DNA of 64,000 nt from an uncultured Candidatus Saccharibacteria bacterium (GTDB taxonomy: Bacteria > Patescibacteriota > Minisyncoccia > UBA6257 > JACOXY01). Shown here piece by piece: positions 58,472 to 64,000 of the stretch (its first letter is position 1; each line of letters opens with the position of its first letter). The position numbers were made by a program, and so were the translations under genes. The notes beneath the pieces are model-generated. The model saw only the letters and a program-made list of their open reading frames with translations. It made no database searches and had not been told where the DNA came from. The stretch covers positions 2,602 to 66,601 of the forward strand of contig CAYHMC010000001.1 of assembly GCA_964357615.1 (NCBI GenBank), read 5' to 3'.

Positions 58472-60271
58472 TTATTTTTTAGTTAATACCTTTTCTAAAA
58501 ACTCAACAACTTTAGGATATGCATCTAATCTATTTTTTAATTTTGAAAGACCATGGCCTTCATCTAGGTAAATTAATAGCTCCACAGCTTTACCATGTTC
58601 TTTAAGTTTAGTTTCAATTTGCTCGGCTTCCGAGAGTGGAACTCGTGGATCATTTGCCCCATGTATTACTAAAAGTGGAGCTTTAATTTTATCTAATGAA
58701 TTAATTGGCGAGATTGATTTAAGAAACTCTCTATTTTTTTCTAATGATCCATATTCAGCTTCTCTATTTGCTCTGCGATATGGGGCAGTATTCTCTAGGA
58801 ATGTAATAAAGTTGGCTACTCCAACTATATCTACTCCAGCGGCCCAAAAATCGGGATAAAATGCCATACATGCCAAAACCATAAAGCCACCATAACTGCC
58901 ACCCATCGCAACTAATTTATTTCCGTCTACTTCTGGAATATTTTTTAAATATTCACTTAATGCAACAATATCCTTAACCGAATCCATTCTTTTTTCTACA
59001 TTGTCTAGTGCCATATATGTTTTTCCATATCCTGAACTTCCGCGAATATTAGGCGCTACAACAATATATCCAGCATAAACAAAATATTGTGTAAGAAGAG
59101 CTAAGCTGGGTTTATATTGTGATTCTGGGCCTCCATGAATATTTATTATTGTTGGTAATTTTTTGTGAGCTTCTATATTTTTAGGTTTATAAATAAAGGC
59201 GGGGATTTCTAAACCATCAAAAGATTTAAAGTGAAAGAGCTCTGGTTCTACTAGAATATCTTGTGGCACTCCTTGGGGCGTATCCGTTAGTTGCTCTGTC
59301 TTCCCGGTTTCCATATCGGCGATAAAGATATTTGTTGTTCTCTTAGAGTCGCCCAAACCAAAAGTCATATATTTACCATTCGCAGAGAAACTTAAACCTT
59401 CGATTTCGCCAGATGGCAGATTGTATGGAATTGGTTTTAAAGTGTAAGGTTCATAAATTGTTAGCTTGTTATATCCATCTTCATTAATTGCTATACCAAA
59501 ATATTTCCCACCGCGATGCATGGCTAATCCAATAATGTCCCAGTTTGGTTTTATAACATATTCAAATTTCTTAGTATTCAATGAATATTTAGCAAGACTT
59601 TCGAATTCCAAATCATAATTTGTTGCGATATAAAACGAAGATTCATCCGGTAGCCAGCGTGGAGCTCCATAAGAAACATTGTTATCGTGAGGGGTAATGT
59701 GTTCAGTTTCGTTGGTCTCCAAATTAAATAAGTAGAGGTCATTATTTTCGTTTGAATAAAATCTGCTTATTGCAAGATATTTACCGCTTGGAGAAAAACC
59801 AGCTGAGCTACAAGAATCACCTAAATCGAAAACACACCGCTTTTCCTTGGTTTTAAGATTCATTATGTAAACATCAAAGTCTTTGCCGTTTCTTTCATTA
59901 GAAGCATAGGAAATAAATTTACCATCATAAGAAAACGAACCAAGCTGATATTTTACTTCTGGTTTATTAGTCAGTTCTGTAATTTCTTTGGTATTTGAAT
60001 CAATTAAATAAATTTGATTTTTTTCACTACCGCCCTCTGACTTCGAAAACGCGATTAAGTTTTCTCTAGGCGAAAAAATCATGCCCTCTATAAAATCAGG
60101 AAAATCTGTAAGCTGAGTTGCATCACCGCCATCTATAGACATTAAATAAATCTGAGTTGTACCAGTTAGATTAGATAAGTATGCAATTTTAGATGCATCT
60201 GGGCTAAACCTTGAGCCAAAAGATGTCTTAACTTTCAAGAAATCAGCTATTGTATATTTGTTGTTTTCCAT
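58472..60271 (-). CDS. S9-family serine peptidase (prolyl oligopeptidase/acylaminoacyl-peptidase-like) with an N-terminal beta-propeller
   Basis: N-terminal TolB-like propeller repeats. The C-terminal region has AMGGSYGGFMV (GxSxG) and ...IHGANDPRVP...H, giving the catalytic triad. Confidence 0.88.
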   Translation of the reverse strand: MENNKYTIADFLKVKTSFGSRFSPDASKIAYLSNLTGTTQIYLMSIDGGDATQLTDFPDFIEGMIFSPRENLIAFSKSEGGSEKNQIYLIDSNTKEITELTNKPEVKYQLGSFSYDGKFISYASNERNGKDFDVYIMNLKTKEKRCVFDLGDSCSSAGFSPSGKYLAISRFYSNENNDLYLFNLETNETEHITPHDNNVSYGAPRWLPDESSFYIATNYDLEFESLAKYSLNTKKFEYVIKPNWDIIGLAMHRGGKYFGIAINEDGYNKLTIYEPYTLKPIPYNLPSGEIEGLSFSANGKYMTFGLGDSKRTTNIFIADMETGKTEQLTDTPQGVPQDILVEPELFHFKSFDGLEIPAFIYKPKNIEAHKKLPTIINIHGGPESQYKPSLALLTQYFVYAGYIVVAPNIRGSSGYGKTYMALDNVEKRMDSVKDIVALSEYLKNIPEVDGNKLVAMGGSYGGFMVLACMAFYPDFWAAGVDIVGVANFITFLENTAPYRRANREAEYGSLEKNREFLKSISPINSLDKIKAPLLVIHGANDPRVPLSEAEQIETKLKEHGKAVELLIYLDEGHGLSKLKNRLDAYPKVVEFLEKVLTKK

Positions 60272-60335
60272 TTTATTTTAGTTCCTAGAATCATATCTGA
60301 AATAAATAACACCGCAATAGCGTGGCTACACTTTT

Positions 60336-60803
60336 TTATTTAGTTTTTTTGAGGCGTTTAGGGAGATGTTTATTTTGCCACTTGCGTTCGCGGTCGTGTT
60401 TGGCTATCCCTACGGCTTTTAGGGCATACATTGCAGCTCCAGGGGCATGAGTTGCAACATGTGCTACTGCAACTGCTTGGCCTGCAGAGCGTGCTGAAAA
60501 TCGTGCTGGGCTATCTTCTTTCGCACTTCGTGCCGCCGCATGAGCATCAAGTGAGGCTTTGCGGATTACTGCCATTTTAAAAATTCCAGTTCTTGCCCAT
60601 TTGCGACATGCTTTGATTGCTTCACGAGGGCGTTTATCTTTGGGAAATTCTTTTTCAAAATAGTGCAAAACATGCTCTGCGCAATCTGCAGCCCAAAGAG
60701 CCAATAACTTTTGGTCATCTTTAGTTACTTTTTTTAAATTGATTAAATTTAATTCAACTTCTTTTTTGAGGGTTATCAAAGAAATTGGACTAGAGTTTTG
60801 CAT
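60336..60803 (-). CDS. Hypothetical alpha-helical protein with an Ala-rich C-terminal half; locally GC-rich
   Basis: ...WAADCAEHVLHYF...AAARSAKEDSPARFSARSAGQAVAVAHVATHAPGAAMYALKAV. GC is ~50% across 60390-60590 against a ~30% background. Confidence 0.4.
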   Translation of the reverse strand: MQNSSPISLITLKKEVELNLINLKKVTKDDQKLLALWAADCAEHVLHYFEKEFPKDKRPREAIKACRKWARTGIFKMAVIRKASLDAHAAARSAKEDSPARFSARSAGQAVAVAHVATHAPGAAMYALKAVGIAKHDRERKWQNKHLPKRLKKTK

Positions 60804-60834
60804 TTACTAAGGTTAAAATATTATTTGTGGCCAA

Positions 60835-61455
60835 TCAATTTTTAATCTCAGAATTTTCTAAGAGGGAGAGCGCTAAGCTACTCATCGCTAAATATTGATA
60901 TGCTCTAATGGGATCATTAATTCTTGAGTCGGAAGTGTGACTTTTTTCATTTCTAAACATGTCAATAGCCATAGTAAGGAATTTGACTGCTTGATTAAAA
61001 TCTCCATCAACATTAGAAGCAGAAGCTCCTTTTATGTGTAACTTTCCTTTTCCAAAAGCTTCTGAACCTGTTTCATACCCAGTTAATTCTCGCAACTTAT
61101 CTCTTACGATTTTAAAACTTTTTTCTACGGCTTCGGCATATTCTTTCGACAAATATAAGGAGGTGCACTTTTCCTTTATCAGTGGGTGTATGTGAGAAAA
61201 TTCTTTTTCTATTGTTTTTGTATCTTTTTTTATGTGATTGGTTCTTTGTATATATTCATATAAACCTGCTTTCTTACGCCTTGTGAGAAACTTTTTTGCA
61301 CGCAACAATGCAACACCCATCTGCATTGAATTGAAATTGTTACCCCATGATTCCAGTTTTTTCAAAATTGCAGATGAGGTCCGCCAATTTCTAAAGAAGC
61401 CATCTTGCCAAAGAATCTTTAAACCATCGGATGAATTTTCTACAGATTTTTTCAT
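60835..61455 (-). CDS. HEPN-like protein (TIGR02391-type) with a C-terminal Rx4H motif
   Basis: ...NQAVKFLTMAIDMFRNEKSHTSDSRI... The R-x4-H sits in a helical C-terminal region. The gene overlaps the upstream gene by 1 nt. Confidence 0.5.
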   Translation of the reverse strand: MKKSVENSSDGLKILWQDGFFRNWRTSSAILKKLESWGNNFNSMQMGVALLRAKKFLTRRKKAGLYEYIQRTNHIKKDTKTIEKEFSHIHPLIKEKCTSLYLSKEYAEAVEKSFKIVRDKLRELTGYETGSEAFGKGKLHIKGASASNVDGDFNQAVKFLTMAIDMFRNEKSHTSDSRINDPIRAYQYLAMSSLALSLLENSEIKN

Positions 61456-61862
61456 TATTTACTTAATTCGTTTTCTACATATTGTTCTCCGGTAGATGTC
61501 AGAACCCATGACTTTTTTCCATTTTTCTTTTCTTCCGTTTCCATCATATGCGCATTTTTTATATTCATATTAACCTTATCGTTTATGTTGGCAGGTGCGG
61601 GATATTTAGCTGCAATAAAACCCTTCTTTAGATCATCTGCATTAACAGATTCAGTTTTTTCTACATGTTCTAAAAAGTAAGCAATTGCTACTGTTCGCTT
61701 TACGTCATCATTAATTTTTTTACCTAACAAAAATTCTTTAATAGACATTTTCTTTTTAGAATCTAAAACAATGCTGTCAAATGGTCCAGGTGATTTTATT
61801 TGTTCTAATTTATTAACTCTATCCTCCAAAGATGAGATTCTTTTTTCAATATGTTCATTCAT
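61455..61862 (-). CDS. Hypothetical protein (N-terminal coiled coil, possibly a C-terminal winged-helix-like region), translationally coupled to the HEPN-like gene
   Basis: 135 aa; ...GKKSWVLTSTGEQYVENEL at the C-terminus. It is 2 nt from the upstream gene. Confidence 0.4.
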   Translation of the reverse strand: MNEHIEKRISSLEDRVNKLEQIKSPGPFDSIVLDSKKKMSIKEFLLGKKINDDVKRTVAIAYFLEHVEKTESVNADDLKKGFIAAKYPAPANINDKVNMNIKNAHMMETEEKKNGKKSWVLTSTGEQYVENELSK

Positions 61863-61864
61863 AA

Positions 61865-62248
61865 TTATTTTTTAAAACGAGCGATTACTTGTGAAAGTTT
61901 ATAGTTTGGTAGATAGTAACGACTATTTTCTGACTTTATATCTTTTGACTCGAGAAGATTTTTTAGGGTTATTTTTACACTTCCCTCAGGGGCAATTTCC
62001 ATTTTTATTATTTCTGAAGGCGTTATTCTGTCTTCTGTGCCGAGTATTAGACTTCTAGCTTTTATTCCAGCTAGGACAAGAAGAATTCTTTCAGCGTTGG
62101 GAAGTTCCCAAAAGCCACCTGAAAACTCAAGAGTCTTCGATTCTTTATTTATTAATAGGTAAGGTTTTAAAAGATCAGCCAAGCCAACTTTGTCTATTGT
62201 TTGGGATTCGCTTACTAGTAAACTTGCCAATGGATCTTGATTGTTCAT
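61865..62248 (-). CDS. Hypothetical protein, first gene of a 3-gene coupled module
   Basis: 127 aa; no recognisable motif. Confidence 0.4.
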   Translation of the reverse strand: MNNQDPLASLLVSESQTIDKVGLADLLKPYLLINKESKTLEFSGGFWELPNAERILLVLAGIKARSLILGTEDRITPSEIIKMEIAPEGSVKITLKNLLESKDIKSENSRYYLPNYKLSQVIARFKK

Positions 62249-62547
62249 AATTGTAGTTTATAAATTACTTATAATAACTACTATTATAAACTATTCAAAT
62301 TAAAATGCAAGAGAAAGTGAAGTTTTTGGAGTATTATTTAGTCTATTATTTTAGTAATTTTTAAACTAGTCTAAATTTATCCTTATTTTAAAGCTTATTT
62401 CCTCATAATAAGAAAATATTTTTGTCGTGAATAAAAACTAATATATGCAATACATACTTATATTTATCCATATGAAAATGTTCCTTGCATTTTATACAGA
62501 ATAACTTGGTGATTGAAAGTTGTATTAAAAGGTGAAATAATTAAAAA

Positions 62548-62745
62548 ATGATAAGTTCCATTAGTCCAAAAGACGAATTAAATAAAAGTTTGGTGCGCAG
62601 AGACGACTCAGAAGAATTCAAAAAAGAAATGAAAAAACGAGAGAGTGATTATGCTAAGGACCTCGATTCTCTTAGTTTAGATTCCAAGAAAGACAAAAAA
62701 TTATCTGGACAAAAATCTCTAAAGCAAAAAAAAGACCGCAGATAA
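62548..62745 (+). CDS. Small charged ORF; probably the N-terminal exon-like part of the downstream DGQHR gene, separated by an apparent frameshift at an A8 tract
   Basis: ATG with an upstream AGGTGA. It ends 3 codons after an A8 run at 62726-62733. The +1 frame is open from 62723 to the window end. Confidence 0.35.
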   Translation: MISSISPKDELNKSLVRRDDSEEFKKEMKKRESDYAKDLDSLSLDSKKDKKLSGQKSLKQKKDRR

Positions 62746-64000
62746 AGCTTTTGAAGACAGGGTTTGGCTCTTGTTCGCCAATCTTGGAGCATCATTTTTA
62801 AACAAAGAAAATTCGAAATTATTCTTAGATATAAAAAAGACAAAACAAATTGATGTTATTGCTAAAATTGATGATCTAATTTTTGTTGTTGAGTGTAAAT
62901 ATTCAGAAAAAAAATCTAGATCACTAAGAAAAGATTTAGCTGAAACATCTAAATTAAGACGCCCAATAACAGAACTTTTTATAAATAATTGGCCAGAGGC
63001 AAGAGTAATTTTTGTTTATGCTCTTGAAAAAATAGAATTATCAGAATCTGATGAAAGAGACGCTTCAAATTACGGCATAAAGGTTTGGGATTCAAGCATA
63101 ATTTCTTATTTTGAAGATTTGGAAAATAGATTAGGTGACGCCGCAAAGTATCAAGTTTTTGCAGAATCACTTGAAGACGAGGAAATTGGTTCTTATTCGC
63201 CCAGAGTTCCTGCGATAAAGAGTGATTTTAACGGAGTTCCATTTTATTATTTTCTCGCACGACCAGAATCCTTGTTAAAAATAGCATATATTTTTCATAG
63301 GAAATTAAGAATTGGAGATCAGCACGAAAATCCATATCAAAGAATGGTAAACAAAAGAAGAATTGAGGACATTAGAAACTTCGTGGCTTCTAAGGGCTAT
63401 TTTTCAAATAATGTGATTGCAAACTTCAAACAATCACCAAAATTTAATAAAACTGATATTATAGAGGGTATTGAATACGGTGTTTTGACACTTCCAATTT
63501 TTTATCAGTCATTATGGATTATAGACGGACAGCATCGCTTATTTGGTTATTCAAATACAGGCGAAGCTAAAGACCACCTTATTCCAGTTCTTGCATTTCA
63601 GGGTCTTAATGAGGAAAAACAAGGCAAATTATTTATTGATATAAATTACAATCAAAAAAGTGTTGATCAAAATTTATTATGGGATTTGTATAGTGATATA
63701 TACTATCAAAGCAGAGATCCTGAAGAAAGACTGCTCTATGTGATAAGCATGATAGGTAAGAAACTAAATTCTAATAAAAGTTCTCCATTTTTTAACTACG
63801 TTTATATTCCAAGCATGAATGAATCTGGTCCGGGCGTAAATATTAAACTTACAACTTTTGGCGTACGGCTACAAAAGGGCAGTTTCTTAAAGGGGCAGAA
63901 AGATTTATTTAAAGAAAATAATGAGAATACTATAGATTTTGCTACAAAAAGAATAATCGAATATTTTAATATACTCAAAAGCTTTAACTCTAAAGATTGG
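62723..64000 (+). CDS. DGQHR-domain (DndB/DpdB-like, ParB-fold) protein with an N-terminal PD-(D/E)xK-like region. It is 3-prime partial (open to the window end) and is not in the supplied ORF track.
   Basis: 426 codons with no stop. The motif IIDGQHRLFGYS (63524-63538 encodes DGQHR) is followed by KLFIDINYNQK, a DndB-like FxDxN motif. Upstream, IDVIAKIDDLIFVVECKYSEK gives a D...ExK pattern. There is no in-frame ATG for ~200 codons, so the start is either TTG at ~62771 or an upstream ATG at 62548 reached via a frameshift. Confidence 0.6.

Noticed and set aside
58446-58480. AT-rich hairpin (aaataaca...tgttattt) plus T-run between the FNR-like and S9 peptidase genes, considered as a terminator
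   Set aside because: The stem is almost entirely A-T. Given the genome-wide AT bias, such pairings arise by chance, so the evidence is too weak for a confident call.

Overview
This 64 kb window is AT-rich (roughly 30-35% GC by eye), densely coded bacterial DNA with short intergenic gaps and many translationally coupled genes. From gene content I infer a small-genome, low-GC bacterium of the CPR/Patescibacteria type; this is an inference, not shown by any single marker. Coordinates for features I derived myself, rather than took from the ORF track, may be off by 1-2 nt.

Main blocks, in order:
- 1-8460: a surface-glycosylation cluster. It contains a PIG-L deacetylase tail fused to a GT2 glycosyltransferase, a SAM methyltransferase, a GT4, two more GT2 genes and two polytopic ArnT/PMT-like GT-C glycosyltransferases.
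- 8.5-14.4 kb: three large secreted proteins with Pro/Thr linkers. One has two PA14 domains plus a TIM-barrel hydrolase-like domain, one is a tandem hydrolase-like paralog, and one ends in a peptidoglycan-binding-like tail.
- 14.5-22.5 kb: housekeeping genes. These are a CAP-domain protein, a CNNM/CorC-type transporter, aminopeptidase N (M1 family), a GT4 and the GTPase YchF.
- 22.7-29.9 kb: a six-gene operon homologous to group-4 membrane-bound [NiFe] hydrogenases / complex I. The NuoB-like subunit has lost three of its four FeS-cluster cysteines. The fused NuoC-NuoD large subunit has lost all four Ni-Fe cysteines. No ferredoxin-like subunit is encoded. I read this as a redox-inactive, Ehr-like ion-translocating module.
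- 30.4-36.7 kb, minus strand: a complete F-type ATP synthase operon (atpBEFHAGDC), convergent with the hydrogenase-like operon. An unusual GC-rich palindromic element sits in a 240 bp gap between atpG and atpD.
- 36.7-60.3 kb: envelope and other housekeeping genes. These include a PAP2 phosphatase, an ECF sigma factor, a PAS protein, GlsB/YeaQ and YggT-like proteins, a SanA/DUF218 protein, an HI0933-type flavoprotein, an AlbA_2 protein, an M23 peptidase with peptidoglycan-binding domains, Fn3-repeat proteins, an FNR-like reductase and an S9 peptidase.
- 60.3-64.0 kb: a putative defence islet. On the minus strand are three tightly coupled small genes, one carrying a HEPN-like Rx4H motif (TIGR02391-type), plus a GC-rich Ala-rich ORF. 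On the plus strand, divergent, is a long ORF open to the window end that is absent from the ORF track. It encodes a PD-(D/E)xK-like N-terminal region fused to a DGQHR (DndB/DpdB-like, ParB-fold) domain. It is joined to an upstream 65-aa ORF across an A8 homopolymer, which suggests a frameshift.

No rRNA, tRNA or CRISPR array was found.
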